Of a stretch of DNA of 64,000 nucleotides, positions 1-10,885 are shown piece after piece (position 1 is the first letter of the stretch; every line of letters starts with the position of its first letter). The stretch lies in the NCBI GenBank assembly GCA_943787795.1, contig CALSNU010000001.1, positions 640,001-704,000 of the forward strand, in the 5' to 3' direction. The notes below the pieces were generated by a model. That model made no database searches, was not told where the DNA came from, and was given only the letters and a program-made list of their open reading frames with translations. This DNA is from an uncultured bacterium (GTDB lineage Bacteria > Planctomycetota > UBA1135 > GCA-002686595). The position numbers and the translations under genes are program-made.

Positions 1-578
1 CGGTCGCACTCCATCCTACCCACATGACCCGTCTTGACCTTGAAGGTGCCCTTCTCGATGGCCTCCTCGAGGGCGCCGGGTACGAGGCCGAGGAACCATC
101 GCAGGAGCCCGTTGCTGCTGCAGACGAGCACGCGGCTCCCGTGCCTGCCCGAGGCCACCTCCGCGGCGAAGCGGCCCACGCGGGCTCGGACCTCCTCGAG
201 GGACTCCGGCCAGCCAGCGGACTCGGGCCATTCGCTGCGTTCATTCCAGGCGCGGACCGCAGCATCTCCATGCTCGGCGACGATCTCGTCGGTGGTCCGG
301 CCGCCCCAGCGGCCGTAGTCCACCTCGTTCAGCGCTGCGTGAACCCCGGGGGCCGGGGCGCCCGCTGTGGCGAGGTGGAGGTGCTCCACCTGCCGCTTCA
401 GGCCGCCGGAGAGAGCGGCGGAGGGGCACCACTTCGCGCTCGCCAGGGTCTTCGCCAGCGCCCGCGCCTGGGCGCGACCGGACTCCACCAGCGGGAGGTC
501 CTCGCCGCTACCCACCCAGATGATCCGGTCTCCCGGCGCGAAGGTGTTGCCGTGCCGAACCAGCAGGAGCTCGGTCAT
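1..578 (-). CDS. Histidine phosphatase (phosphoglycerate mutase-like) family protein, 3' end runs off the window
   Basis: Not in the ORF track (no stop inside window). Manual translation from ATG 578: [38 protein letters not shown]...ALNEVDYGRWGG...RVLVCSSNGLLR. Has the RHG motif and E-x-D-Y-G-x-W. ATGA overlap with the kdsB stop. Confidence 0.85.
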   Translation of the reverse strand, partial: MTELLLVRHGNTFAPGDRIIWVGSGEDLPLVESGRAQARALAKTLASAKWCPSAALSGGLKRQVEHLHLATAGAPAPGVHAALNEVDYGRWGGRTTDEIVAEHGDAAVRAWNERSEWPESAGWPESLEEVRARVGRFAAEVASGRHGSRVLVCSSNGLLRWFLGLVPGALEEAIEKGTFKVKTGHVGRMECD

Positions 579-1375
579 CGGGTCCGCCCCTGTTCGTCGA
601 TCAACTCGCCGTCCTCCGCGAGGAGCTGCTCCACGCGTTGGAGATCCTCCGGGCTGTCGATCGCGAGGTGTCGGCGGCCCCGGTAGTCGACCTCGACGAC
701 CCGGATCCCCATGCCGTTCTCGAGGGCCCGAAGCTGCTCCAGGCCCTCGGTCAATTCGAGCGGGCTCGGCCCCATGGCGATGAACCGCTCGAGGGCTTCG
801 CGGCGGTAGCCGTATAGACCAATGTGCCGGAAGGTAGGGGCTCCGCCAGCGGCATCGCGGACGAAGGGGATCATCGCCTTGGAGAAGTAGAGGGCGTTGC
901 CCTCGCGGTCGAACGTGACCGTGGTGCCGCCGACCTCGCCGGCCGCCTTGGCCTCTCGCAGCAGCTGTAGTGACCCCTCGTCAAGGCGGGCGGCTGGGGT
1001 CACGATCGGTGCGTCGGGCGTGCGCTCCATCTCACGAACCACCGCCTCGATCACCCAGGGCGGCGTCAGCACCGCGTCGCCCTGCAGATTGATGAGGGCG
1101 TCCGGCGGCTCGTCGAGACCGAGCGCGGCCGCGTGGACCCGCTCCGTGCCATTTCGACACCCCTCGGGCGTCATGACCGCCTCGCCGCCGAAGCCCAGGA
1201 CGTGGTCCCGAATGCGCTCGTCGTCCGTGGCGACGACCACGCGGTCCACGCCTTTCGCCGCCGCCGCGATCTCGTGGACCCGCCGGATGAGCGTGCGACC
1301 CGCGACGTCAGCCAGGGGCTTGCCGGGGAAGCGCGTCGACCCGTATCGCGCCGGGATCACAACGGCGGTCTTCAT
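575..1375 (-). CDS. kdsB: 3-deoxy-manno-octulosonate cytidylyltransferase (CMP-Kdo synthetase)
   Basis: [55 protein letters not shown]. Start trimmed to MKTAVV, which has an ATGA overlap with the upstream gene. Confidence 0.95.
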   Translation of the reverse strand: MKTAVVIPARYGSTRFPGKPLADVAGRTLIRRVHEIAAAAKGVDRVVVATDDERIRDHVLGFGGEAVMTPEGCRNGTERVHAAALGLDEPPDALINLQGDAVLTPPWVIEAVVREMERTPDAPIVTPAARLDEGSLQLLREAKAAGEVGGTTVTFDREGNALYFSKAMIPFVRDAAGGAPTFRHIGLYGYRREALERFIAMGPSPLELTEGLEQLRALENGMGIRVVEVDYRGRRHLAIDSPEDLQRVEQLLAEDGELIDEQGRTR

Positions 1376-1866
1376 GCCGTCTTCCCGTGGCACTTCTTGT
1401 ACTTCTTGCCGCTCCCGCAAGAGCACGGGTCGTTCCGGCCGAGCTTGGCAGCGCCGTGCTGGAAGGGCTCTTTGGGGGGCGCGTGACCGTGGCCGTGGGG
1501 GTTGGTTCCGGTACGCACCGTCTGGAGGAACTCATCGATGGTCGACTCGAAGCTCGTCTTGAGCTCGAAGGCGTTGATCACGACCTCCGTGGCCTCCAGG
1601 TGCTCGATATAGGCGCGCAGGACGTCAGGGACCTGCGCTGCAAGCTCCTCTCCGCGCCGGAACCTGCCCGGCAGGAGGTGTCCAAGAGCTCCGTGCATGG
1701 CCTGGCCGTCCATCGTCTTCGGGGCGCTGCCCATGTCGTCGTAGCACACAGAGAGGAAGCGCTCGACGATGGTCCGGACCTCGCTGTCGGTGGCGCCGAG
1801 GGCGGCGGCCTGCGGAGAGTCCATGAAACTCGCCAGGGCGAGCGTGATCGGTTTGCTGGTGGCCAT
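1372..1866 (-). CDS. SEC-C motif (metal-binding) domain protein
   Basis: C-terminal [21 protein letters not shown]; helical N-terminal domain of unknown function. Confidence 0.85.
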   Translation of the reverse strand: MATSKPITLALASFMDSPQAAALGATDSEVRTIVERFLSVCYDDMGSAPKTMDGQAMHGALGHLLPGRFRRGEELAAQVPDVLRAYIEHLEATEVVINAFELKTSFESTIDEFLQTVRTGTNPHGHGHAPPKEPFQHGAAKLGRNDPCSCGSGKKYKKCHGKTA

Positions 1867-1955
1867 GGTGAGGAAGGTAGCACCGTGGGACCCCAGCGAG
1901 GGAACTGACGCTTCGCACTTGGGCTCAAGACCGGTTTCCGTGCATCGTCGAGGTC

Positions 1956-3230
1956 ATGGCAGCGGACCCCGTCCCCACCGGCAGCTTCGACGACCTCGAT
2001 CTCGGCCCAGCGCTTCGGCAGGGAGTCGCGGACGCCGGCTTCGTCGAGCTCCGCCCGATTCAAGCCGCCGCGCTGCCCGCGGCGCTCGAGGGCCGTGACG
2101 TCCTCGGCCTCGCGCGGACCGGGACGGGCAAGACCGCCGCCTTCGCGCTCCCGATCCTGCAGCGCCTCGAGGACCGGCCTGCAGAAGCCGGCCGGCCGAG
2201 GGCCCTCGTCCTGGCACCGACCCGCGAGCTGGCTCGGCAGATCGAAGGAGACCTCATCGACCTGGGGCGCCACCTCTCGGTGCGCATGGCCGCCGCCTAC
2301 GGTGGCGTGAAGATCGACCGGCAGCGGGATGCGCTCGAGGCGGGGTGCGATGTGCTCGTCGCCTGCGCGGGGCGGCTCCTCGACCTCGTTCGGGAGGGGA
2401 CCTGCGACCTCGGGGATGTCGAGGTGCTCGTCCTCGACGAGGCGGATCGGCTCCTCGACATGGGCTTCCTCCCGGATGTCCGGCGCATCCTCGAGCGTGT
2501 GCCCGATGAGCGCCAGACGATGTTCTTCTCGGCGACCATGCCGGAGGCGGTCCAGGCCCTGGCTCAGGGCGTGCTCAAGGAGCCCGAGATCATTGATCTC
2601 GGACACACGAGGCCCGCCGAGACCATCGAGCACTCGCTGCACCCCGTCCGGTCCACGGCGAGATCCAAGCTCCTGCGGACCATCGTGGAGTCGGACGAGG
2701 CGGGGAGCGCCATCATCTTCACGCGCACCAAGCAGCGGGCGAAGCAGGTCGCGAGGCAGCTGGAGAAGCGTGGGCACACCGTGTCCCTGCTCCATGGGGA
2801 CAAGAAGCAGGGCGCCCGGGACCGCGCGCTGCAGGGGTTCCGCGACGGGGAGGTCCGCTTCCTCGTGGCGACGGACCTCGCGGCGCGCGGCCTGGACGTC
2901 GAGGGGGTGGCGCGGGTCGTCAACTTCGACGTGCCGCTCGATCCAGACACCTACGTCCATCGGATCGGCCGCACGGGGCGGGCCGACCGATCCGGCGAGG
3001 CGGTCACGATCGCCTCGGTAGAGGAACTTGATCAGGTGCGGGCCATCGAGGCGCGCATCGGCGCCCGGATCCCGCGCAAGTTCCTCCCGACCTTCGCGCC
3101 GCTCGACCTCCACGAGCTGCTCGACGAGGCCGAGAGCCGCAGGCCCCAGCGTCGCGGGGGCGGCCCCCGGCGGCAGGCAACCTCTGGGCCACGGGGGGGC
3201 GGGCGTCGGGGCTCCCGCCGCCGGCGCTGA
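1956..3230 (+). CDS. DEAD-box ATP-dependent RNA helicase (RhlE-like)
   Basis: Q motif, ARTGTGKT, PTRELA, LDEAD, SAT, ARGLD, HRIGRTGR; Arg/Gly-rich tail. Confidence 0.95.
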   Translation: MAADPVPTGSFDDLDLGPALRQGVADAGFVELRPIQAAALPAALEGRDVLGLARTGTGKTAAFALPILQRLEDRPAEAGRPRALVLAPTRELARQIEGDLIDLGRHLSVRMAAAYGGVKIDRQRDALEAGCDVLVACAGRLLDLVREGTCDLGDVEVLVLDEADRLLDMGFLPDVRRILERVPDERQTMFFSATMPEAVQALAQGVLKEPEIIDLGHTRPAETIEHSLHPVRSTARSKLLRTIVESDEAGSAIIFTRTKQRAKQVARQLEKRGHTVSLLHGDKKQGARDRALQGFRDGEVRFLVATDLAARGLDVEGVARVVNFDVPLDPDTYVHRIGRTGRADRSGEAVTIASVEELDQVRAIEARIGARIPRKFLPTFAPLDLHELLDEAESRRPQRRGGGPRRQATSGPRGGGRRGSRRRR

Positions 3231-3231
3231 G

Positions 3232-4722
3232 GTGATACGGTCGACCCTACTCATCGTGCTCCAATCGCTCACAAGACCCCTGCGCGCTGCGCTCCTCACC
3301 TCGGCGCTCCTCGCCGTCCCAGCCTGCTCCGTGGGCGACGGGCCGCAGGCTGAGATCCCCTGGCCCCACGAACTCGCGGGCTATGACGACGCGCTCGTCG
3401 CCCACCTCGAGGCGGCCCGTGCCGATGTCCTCTCCCGACCGCGAGAGGCGGATGCCTGGGTGCACCTCGGGATGCTGTTCGAGGCGCACCTGATGCTTCA
3501 GCTCGCCGAGGCCTCCTATGCGGTGGCGGTGCAGCTGGATGACGGCGATCCTCGGACCTGGTACCGACTCGCGGTGATGCAGGGCAAGAACGGCAATGTC
3601 GAGGCGGCCCTTGGTTCGTACGAACGGCTCGAATCGCTGGAAGACTACGGTCCGGGCTGGCGGCGGAAGGGCTGGTTGCTGCTCGGCGCAGGGCAGCCCC
3701 GGGAAGCCTCGTACGCGTTTGAACGCGCCGAGGCTCTGAGCCCTGGGGACCCTGTGGCTCACCTCGGCCGCGTCGAGGTCCTCCTTGAGGTGGACAAGCC
3801 GGAGGAGGCGCTGGGAACCCTCGAGTTGATCGGTCCGATCCCTCCGGCGAGCCGAGCGCTCTTCCATCGTCTTCGCGGCCTGGCCCTCTCTCGTCTCTCC
3901 AGGTTCGAAGAGGCCGAACCAGAGCTCCTGAAGGGCCGGGGCGCCCGCACCTCGGGACCGGACCCCTGGATGAAGGAGGTGGCAGCGCTCAAGGTGGGGG
4001 CCTCGGCGATCCTCTTGCAGGCGAACCGGAAGATCGAGAGCGGCCAGCTCGAGGCTGCGCTGCAGCAGCTGCGGCTGCTCGAGGAGGGGGACCCAGACGA
4101 TCCGCGTATCTTCGTCCAAAAGGGGCGCGTGCTCGATCGGCTCGGTGACTGGTCAGGCTCCGCGGCGGCCCTCAGTCGAGCCTCCGAGCTGAGCCCCGAC
4201 GACCTGGGGTTGGCGTTGGCTATGGCTTCCGCCATGGTGAAGGCCGGCGAGGTGGACGGCGCGCTCGTCGCCGCGGAGCGCTTGATCGAGCTCGACCCAC
4301 AGTCGGCGGGCGCCCACGAGCTTCGGGCGGACCTGTACCTCGGTGAAGGCCGTGGGCAGGACGCCATGGCCGCGGTGGCTCACTCCCGGGAGCTGGGAGT
4401 CCAGACGGCATCGCTGGAGGTGACGGCGGGAAAGGCCGCGCTCGAGATGGGGGACGCCGCCAGGGCTCTACCAGCCTTCGAGGCGGCGATCTCATTGGAT
4501 CCGGCCAGCGCTGACGGGCTGGCGGGCAAGGCCCTCGCGGCCCTCGGGCTGGGTGAGGGCGCGGTCGCGACGGCCGCCGTGGAGGGGCTGCGGCGCGTGG
4601 ATCCGGATCACCCACTGCTCGGGACCCTCGAGGAGGCGCTCCGAGAAGCGCGCGCGGGGACCTCCGGAGCGTCGCCGACGGACGACATGCTTGACGGCAA
4701 CCACACGGAGCCAGATCAATGA
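3232..4722 (+). CDS. TPR-repeat protein, probable lipoprotein
   Basis: Multiple TPR-like helical repeats (AWVHLG...A..Y..A..LD); N-terminal hydrophobic stretch ending VPAC. Start uncertain (GTG 3232 or 3256). Confidence 0.8.
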   Translation: MIRSTLLIVLQSLTRPLRAALLTSALLAVPACSVGDGPQAEIPWPHELAGYDDALVAHLEAARADVLSRPREADAWVHLGMLFEAHLMLQLAEASYAVAVQLDDGDPRTWYRLAVMQGKNGNVEAALGSYERLESLEDYGPGWRRKGWLLLGAGQPREASYAFERAEALSPGDPVAHLGRVEVLLEVDKPEEALGTLELIGPIPPASRALFHRLRGLALSRLSRFEEAEPELLKGRGARTSGPDPWMKEVAALKVGASAILLQANRKIESGQLEAALQQLRLLEEGDPDDPRIFVQKGRVLDRLGDWSGSAAALSRASELSPDDLGLALAMASAMVKAGEVDGALVAAERLIELDPQSAGAHELRADLYLGEGRGQDAMAAVAHSRELGVQTASLEVTAGKAALEMGDAARALPAFEAAISLDPASADGLAGKALAALGLGEGAVATAAVEGLRRVDPDHPLLGTLEEALREARAGTSGASPTDDMLDGNHTEPDQ

Positions 4723-6374
4723 GGCCTTGCCTGCTCCCGATCCTCTCGGTCGCTCTCGCGGCCTGTTCGGACGACGCCGCGCACCCGGCGGTGAGCCGAA
4801 CCGGTCCGGTGTGGTTCGTTGACGAAGGGCTGGAGCGCGGGGTCGACTTCACGCACCGCTCGGGGCACGAGGAGCGCTTTCTGTTTCCCGAGCTGATGGG
4901 GGGCGGCGTCGCCCTGTTCGACAAGGATGGGGACGGTGACCTGGACCTGTTCATGGTGCAGAGCGGATCGCTCGTAAGGCCGGAGGCATCGGACCACCGC
5001 CTCTACGAGAATGATGGGAGCGGGCGCTTCCTCGACGTGACGAGGGCGTCGGGGATCACGCCTGGCGGCTACGGCATGGGCGTGGCCGCCGCGGACTATG
5101 ACGCGGATGGGGACGTGGACCTCTACATCACCTGCGTGGGACCGAACCGGCTCCTGCAGAACGACGGAGGGGGCCGCTTCACCGACGTCACGCACGTGGC
5201 CGGCGTGGGCGACGGGTCCTGGGGGACAAGCGCGGCCTTCGTCGACTTCGATCGCGACGGCCACCTCGACCTCTTTATCACCAACTACGTGGACTGGAGT
5301 CTGGCAGGGGAGGAGGACTGCTTCGACCCTACGGGCCTGCCCGACTACTGCAGCCCGTTGGCCTACAGCGCTCCTTCTGTTGACACGCTCTATCGCGCGA
5401 ACGGCGACGGGACGTTCCAGGACGTGACCGCCGCCATGGGGCTGGAGGCCAGCCCGGGAAATGGGCTGGGCGTGGTGACCGGCGACTTTGACGGGGACGG
5501 GATGATGGACATCTTCGTCGCCAACGATCAGATGCCGGACAGCCTCTGGGTCCACGGTGAGGACGGCGGCCTCGTGGATCGCGGGGAGCGTCTCGGTTGT
5601 GCGCGAGACCCGCACGGGAACCCCCGCGCCGGGATGGGCGTGGACGCTGCTGACGTGGAGGGAGACGGCGACCTCGACCTCCTCGTCGTTCACATGGCGC
5701 GGGAGCAAGACGGCTTCTTTCGGAACCGTGGCGGCGGTTTCGTAGAGGAGACGCGGCAGTCAGGCATCGGGATGGGGACCTTTCGGCGCACGCGCTTCGG
5801 GGTGGGCTTCCACGACTTCAACAACGATGGCTGGCTCGACATCTACGTGGCCAACGGTCGGGTGAATCAGATGATGCCGCCGATCTCGGAAGACGACATC
5901 TACGCCGAGCCCAACAGCCTCCTCGCGGGAACACCCGAGGGCCGCTGGGAATCGGTCGCGCCAGCGGGGGGGACGAGCCCGGCCGTGGAGTTGACCAGCC
6001 GCGGGGCTGCCTTCGGGGACATCGACGGCGACGGGGGGATTGACGTGGTCGTGGGGAACCGCGACTCGCGGGTTCAGCTGCTCATGAATGTGGCGTGGCA
6101 GGGAGGCCAGTGGATCGCCCTGCGGCTGCTCGATGGCGGCCGTGACGCGCTCGGGGCCACGGCCTCTGTCGAGGTCGACGGCCGCCCACAGCGACGGAGC
6201 GTCAAGCCTGGGTACAGCTACTGCAGCTCGAGCGATGCGTCCGTTCACTTCGGGCTCGGCGATGAATCGGCGCCGCTCGAGGTCGAGGTGCGCTGGCCGG
6301 ACGGGGAACTCGAGACCTTCGGTCCCGTGGCCCCGGGTGGTCGGAGGACTCTGGTGCGCGGGCAGGGGCGCTGA
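4719..6374 (+). CDS. CRTAC1-family protein (FG-GAP repeats plus ASPIC/UnbV domain), lipoprotein
   Basis: LAAC lipobox, repeated DxDxDGDxDL motifs, C-terminal GYSYCSSS...VHFGLG...VRWPDG; ATGA overlap with the TPR gene. Confidence 0.9.
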   Translation: MRPCLLPILSVALAACSDDAAHPAVSRTGPVWFVDEGLERGVDFTHRSGHEERFLFPELMGGGVALFDKDGDGDLDLFMVQSGSLVRPEASDHRLYENDGSGRFLDVTRASGITPGGYGMGVAAADYDADGDVDLYITCVGPNRLLQNDGGGRFTDVTHVAGVGDGSWGTSAAFVDFDRDGHLDLFITNYVDWSLAGEEDCFDPTGLPDYCSPLAYSAPSVDTLYRANGDGTFQDVTAAMGLEASPGNGLGVVTGDFDGDGMMDIFVANDQMPDSLWVHGEDGGLVDRGERLGCARDPHGNPRAGMGVDAADVEGDGDLDLLVVHMAREQDGFFRNRGGGFVEETRQSGIGMGTFRRTRFGVGFHDFNNDGWLDIYVANGRVNQMMPPISEDDIYAEPNSLLAGTPEGRWESVAPAGGTSPAVELTSRGAAFGDIDGDGGIDVVVGNRDSRVQLLMNVAWQGGQWIALRLLDGGRDALGATASVEVDGRPQRRSVKPGYSYCSSSDASVHFGLGDESAPLEVEVRWPDGELETFGPVAPGGRRTLVRGQGR

Positions 6375-6497
6375 GGCGCCAGTTCGCGACTCGGTACACC
6401 CGCGCAATTCCCGTCGAACTCCCCGTGCGGTGTCTGCGTGGATCGGGCTCCTACGGCGCGGCCAATCAAAGGCCGCTATCTTCCAGGGGGGGAGACC

Positions 6498-6950
6498 ATG
6501 GATACGATCGAGAACCAGATCGACGAGTTCCGCTTCGAGGCGGTCGACGGGGCCAAGGTGCGCATCGTCGAGGATATGGCCGTGAACGAGGATGAGAGGG
6601 TGATCCCCTTCCTGCTCGAAGTGCTCGCTGACCCCGATGAGTTCGAGCTCGCTCGGGTCGAGTCGGCGAAGCTCCTCTCCTCGGGCTTCGAGTCCCAAAG
6701 AGACCGGATCTGCCAGGTACTGGCCGAGGTGATCCGCTCCAGCCATGAGTCGGAGGCGACGTTCATGGCCGCAATGGACGCCGCCAGCGCCTACCACCAT
6801 CACTCGGCCGAACTTCGAGAGGCGGTCCAGGAGTCCGATGCCCGGCGCGAGTTACTCCTCCGGGAAGGGGGAGTCGACGGGGGCCGAGCTCTCCGCGATG
6901 CAGAGCTCGCGCTCGGGTTCCTGGACGAGCTCGGCGGCCTCGATCTCTGA
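6498..6950 (+). CDS. Hypothetical acidic alpha-helical (HEAT-like) protein
   Basis: GGAG SD before ATG 6498; IPFLLEVLADPDE.ELARVESAKLL resembles a HEAT repeat. Confidence 0.6.
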   Translation: MDTIENQIDEFRFEAVDGAKVRIVEDMAVNEDERVIPFLLEVLADPDEFELARVESAKLLSSGFESQRDRICQVLAEVIRSSHESEATFMAAMDAASAYHHHSAELREAVQESDARRELLLREGGVDGGRALRDAELALGFLDELGGLDL

Positions 6951-6968
6951 ACCCGAATCTGGCGCGCC

Positions 6969-7679
6969 TCAGCCGTCGACGCGGGCGGGCAGCGGCTCTC
7001 CCTCGGGAACGAAACTCATGGAGAGGGAGTTCACGCAGTGGCGCGTGTTCTTGTCGGTGAACCGCTCTCCGACGAAGACGTGGCCGAGGTGCCCGCCGCA
7101 GTGCTGACAGAGGATCTCGGTCCGCCGACCGTCGGCGTCGGTCTCGTGGCGAACCGCTCCCTCGATCTCATCGTCGAAGCTCGGCCAGCCGCAGTGGGAT
7201 TCGAACTTGTCCTCCGAGAGGTAGAGCGCGGCATTGCACTGTCTGCAGATGTAGGTGCCCTTCTCCTTGTTGCCGAGCAGCGCGCCGGTTCCAGGCCGCT
7301 CGGTTCCCTTCCTGAGGATCACGTACTCCTCGGCGCTGCTGAGTTTGTTGTAGTCGCCTTGGACGGAGTCTTGCATCGGAGATCGGGGGTCAGTGGGGGC
7401 GGTCACTTCCTGTGCGGAGCGGTCCGCGCTCGCCGCGGAGGCGCCGAGCGCGGCGGACTTCGACGGGGCAACGCTGGCGTCGCTCTTGGCATCAGGTCTG
7501 GCATCGGGCGTCGCGAGGACCACCGCGTCACCGCCCTCGACGACGATGGCCCCCTCGTCCGCCTGCGACGCGGATGCGGGATCCTCAACTGGTCCGGATG
7601 AACCCGCCTCAGGGGAGGGAGCGCAGCAGGCGACGAGGGACAGGGCGAGTAGGCTCGTGAAGGTCTTGAGGCGGCTCAT
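6969..7679 (-). CDS. msrB: Peptide-methionine (R)-S-oxide reductase with N-terminal lipoprotein signal and linker
   Basis: KGTERP, CRQC and CQHC zinc ligands, GWPSF, HLGHVF, RHCVNS; N-terminal LVACC. Confidence 0.93.
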   Translation of the reverse strand: MSRLKTFTSLLALSLVACCAPSPEAGSSGPVEDPASASQADEGAIVVEGGDAVVLATPDARPDAKSDASVAPSKSAALGASAASADRSAQEVTAPTDPRSPMQDSVQGDYNKLSSAEEYVILRKGTERPGTGALLGNKEKGTYICRQCNAALYLSEDKFESHCGWPSFDDEIEGAVRHETDADGRRTEILCQHCGGHLGHVFVGERFTDKNTRHCVNSLSMSFVPEGEPLPARVDG

Positions 7680-7812
7680 GTGGGTTTTCCTTGGTCCTCG
7701 GCATCATGGGCGACAGCTCGCCCCATTGGTAGCCAGCCATCTGGCTGAAACGGAGCTTCTACAGGGTCAGAACCTGGACCCGAGGCGATCGGGGCTCAGG
7801 GGACGATTGAAG

Positions 7813-10767
7813 TCACCGGGGAGATTCGAGCTCGACCTCGGTCTCCTCGCCGGAGCGGACCTTGAACTGGACCGGGTCGGTCGTGCGCCGTCGCGACTCT
7901 CCTTCGGGACCCGAGCTCTCCACCTGGACGGTCCATTCCCCGGCGGCGAGCCCTCCGACGCGGGCGCGTCCAGCGCGCAGGATCTCGACCTTGGTTTGAT
8001 TCGAGGACTCCGGGTCGGCGGGGGTGAGCGTGACCCACGCAACGCCCTCGGCCTCACCGTTGTCGGCGAGCACGAAGAGCGCTGATCCACCCCGGACGAG
8101 CTCCACGGAGCCAACGTCCAGGGTTCTTCCGGGGCTCACAGTGACTTCGGCGAGGACGCGGTCAGTGAAGCCCGGAGCCTTCAAGATCAACTGGAGGGGG
8201 GACTCGGGCTTCACGCCCTTGATCCGAAACCTCCCGTTCGAGCCGGTCTTCTCGCCGGTCTCGGTCATCCCGAGGAACTGGCGCGAGATACGCGCCGACT
8301 CGTCGCCTAGAGAGCGGCGGATCTCGACCCGCGCGCCGGCGACCGGGTCCCCCTTGGGGTCGACCGCGCGTCCCTCGATGGAGCTGATGGCGAGGTCAAA
8401 GGAGACGGTGTTCACGCCGACCTCGACCTCGACGTCCACTCGGGCAGCCATGGTCAGGTCTTCATGGCGGATCAAGGCCGCGGCGGGGCCGGGCCCGAGG
8501 TCCGCGATCTCGAACCGCCCCTCGGCATCTGTCGTGTCCGTCGAGGGCTGGTTGCCGAAGCCAGCGAACTGGTCCTGGATGTTGATGAAGCGCTCGCTCC
8601 GGTCAGCGTCGGCCTCGGTCACGATCGACAGTCGAGCCCCCTGGGCGGGCTGTCCATCGATGAGGACCACGCCCTTGATGGTGGCAGAGGTGGGGAGCAG
8701 GTAGTCAACGCGCACCTTTGCGCTGACGTCAAGCTTCACTTCCTGCCACTCGACCTGGTCATCTCCGGTGGACCTGCGCCTGCCGAAGGGTTGACCCCCG
8801 TTGCGCATCGCGCGCACTTCGTACAGGCCAGCGGGGAGGCCGTCGAAGACCGCGATGCCGTCCTTTCCGGACGCCTTCCCGGCCTTCCAGGGGCGGGACT
8901 CATCCATGCTTCGGCACTCCACTCGAGCGCCGGGGATGAGGAGGTCGTCGTCGCCGACGACCGCGACCGAGAGCTCCGCTCCGCGAGAGAGGGTGATGCG
9001 GGCGATCTGCCCGTCCGCGCGGGGAATGAGCGGCTCCTCCAGGTACGTCCCGTAGCCTCTGGCCTTCACCTCGAGGCGCGCCTCGGGGTCGGCGAGGTCT
9101 GAGAGCTGACAGCGCCCCTCTCGGTCGGTCTTGGCCCAGAGCTCCCGTCCGTTGGCGCCGAGCATCATCCGCTGACGGTTGGCTTCGCCCCTGGTGGAGA
9201 GCGTCACCCGAGCCTTGCGGATGGGGCGACCCGTCGTCGCGTCGACCACCTCGAACTTCAGGCGCTGCGCTCGCTCAAGCTCGAGGGTCCCCCCGGTGGC
9301 GAGGGCGCCCTCTGCGACCGTGATCGGCGGCGTGACGCCGCGCTGGTAGCCCGGGGCGTCGACCGTCACCGTGAGCTCGGCCTGCTCGGTCCCGGGGCGG
9401 AGCTCGTACAGCGTGAGCTTGCCGTTCTTGATCCGCTTTGGGGCCCGCCCGCCCTTGGGGGTCAGCATGACCTTCGCGGACCGCTCACCCCACTTCGCCA
9501 GGACCTCCAGCTCTTCCACGGGCTCGCGGCTGGCTCGATCGATGACCCTCAGCTCGAGCTGCGCCCCGGGGTCAAAGTTCAGGGAGGTGAACGAGCCGTC
9601 GGCGGTCGCCTCCACAGTGTTGGAGAGGAGGACCGTCTCGACGAACTGGCGCCGCTCCATGGCCTGGATCCGGTAGCGCCCGCCCGGCTTGAGGCCGCCG
9701 ATCTCGAAGCTCCCGTCCCCCTTGACCTCGGCGGTCTCTTCACCCGCCGGAGAGAGTTGGGCGGCCATCAAGGTCTGGAAGCGCGACTTGCCGTCGGACA
9801 TGGCGGGGTCGAGGCTCGTCGCGGCGACCTTGCCGTACTGTCGCCCCTGGGGATAGCCGGACACGACGCCTCGAATCACCCCTGCGCGCTCTGCGGTGAT
9901 CTCGATGTTCAACATCACGTCGCCCGGCCGCTTGGCTGCTCCCTCGAAGCGGGCGGGCATGATGGAGTCGTGTTCGGCGAGGAGGATGATCTCTCCCTCG
10001 GGCTCGTGCTCCAGCTCGAAGCGCCCCTCGGCATCGGTGGACTCCAGGCCTAGGAGGCTGGAGAAGCCGATCTGATCCATGGTCGCGATCATCTGGTCGC
10101 CCTCACGCTCGATGCGGCGAACGCGCGCCCCCTCGATCGCTCGGCCCTGCTGGTCGCGGACCCACCCCTCCACGACCACCGCCGGCTGGAGGATGATGTC
10201 GCCGAGTTCCGTCGTGCTGCCCTCCCCGAAGATGTGCTTGACGGGGGCGTCCAGGAACCCGCGCGCATCAGCCTTGACCCCGATCGTCAGCCCGAGCGGC
10301 TCCGAGTCGTCCGCCACAAAGCGACCGTCCTTGCCGGTGGTCGCCTTGATGCGGATCTGGCCCTGTGTCCCGAAGGACCGAACGGCGACGGTGTTGGCCT
10401 GCTCCCATGGCATGAGCTCGACCGGCACGCCCGCGAGGGGCCGCCCAGAACCGTCGAGGATGCGCCCGCGGTAGGGGCCGTCGTCGGCAGCCTTCCCAGG
10501 TCTGCGCCGCACTTGATTCCGGACCTTCGGCTCCGGGCTCTCGGAGCGGACCTCGGTGGCTTCTCGGGATCCGTCGGAGGGACGCGCCTCCAGGACGGGC
10601 AGCTCGGCGTCGGCCTTGGGCCCATCGGCGCGGACGATCTCGAGGGCGGAGTTCGCCACGCTGTTGGTCGGCGAGGTGCGCCCCGTTCCGGAGAGGAGGA
10701 AGGCACAGAGAGCCACCGCCGCGATGGCTGCGGCGACGAGGAGGAGGGCGAGTCTTTGACGAGGCAT
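7813..10767 (-). CDS. Membrane-anchored protein with multiple carboxypeptidase-regulatory-like (transthyretin-fold) repeats
   Basis: Repeated G-R-V-x-D-x-x-G-x-P-x-x-G-A and T-D-x-x-G-R-F motifs; N-terminal TM helix after MPRQRL. Confidence 0.85.
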   Translation of the reverse strand: MPRQRLALLLVAAAIAAVALCAFLLSGTGRTSPTNSVANSALEIVRADGPKADAELPVLEARPSDGSREATEVRSESPEPKVRNQVRRRPGKAADDGPYRGRILDGSGRPLAGVPVELMPWEQANTVAVRSFGTQGQIRIKATTGKDGRFVADDSEPLGLTIGVKADARGFLDAPVKHIFGEGSTTELGDIILQPAVVVEGWVRDQQGRAIEGARVRRIEREGDQMIATMDQIGFSSLLGLESTDAEGRFELEHEPEGEIILLAEHDSIMPARFEGAAKRPGDVMLNIEITAERAGVIRGVVSGYPQGRQYGKVAATSLDPAMSDGKSRFQTLMAAQLSPAGEETAEVKGDGSFEIGGLKPGGRYRIQAMERRQFVETVLLSNTVEATADGSFTSLNFDPGAQLELRVIDRASREPVEELEVLAKWGERSAKVMLTPKGGRAPKRIKNGKLTLYELRPGTEQAELTVTVDAPGYQRGVTPPITVAEGALATGGTLELERAQRLKFEVVDATTGRPIRKARVTLSTRGEANRQRMMLGANGRELWAKTDREGRCQLSDLADPEARLEVKARGYGTYLEEPLIPRADGQIARITLSRGAELSVAVVGDDDLLIPGARVECRSMDESRPWKAGKASGKDGIAVFDGLPAGLYEVRAMRNGGQPFGRRRSTGDDQVEWQEVKLDVSAKVRVDYLLPTSATIKGVVLIDGQPAQGARLSIVTEADADRSERFINIQDQFAGFGNQPSTDTTDAEGRFEIADLGPGPAAALIRHEDLTMAARVDVEVEVGVNTVSFDLAISSIEGRAVDPKGDPVAGARVEIRRSLGDESARISRQFLGMTETGEKTGSNGRFRIKGVKPESPLQLILKAPGFTDRVLAEVTVSPGRTLDVGSVELVRGGSALFVLADNGEAEGVAWVTLTPADPESSNQTKVEILRAGRARVGGLAAGEWTVQVESSGPEGESRRRTTDPVQFKVRSGEETEVELESPR

Positions 10768-10885
10768 GGGCTTGGCGTGGGACCTGGTTAAGGCATATGC
10801 GCAGGGGCCGGTCGAATCGTCGCACTTCCACCCGGATTTGGTGCCTGGAGTTCCAGACCACTGTCCAGCGCGCGCGGAGGTGGCC

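Noticed and set aside
3232..6374. TPR + ASPIC/UnbV pair as a novel system
   Set aside because: A common arrangement in Planctomycetota and Acidobacteriota; nothing distinctive here
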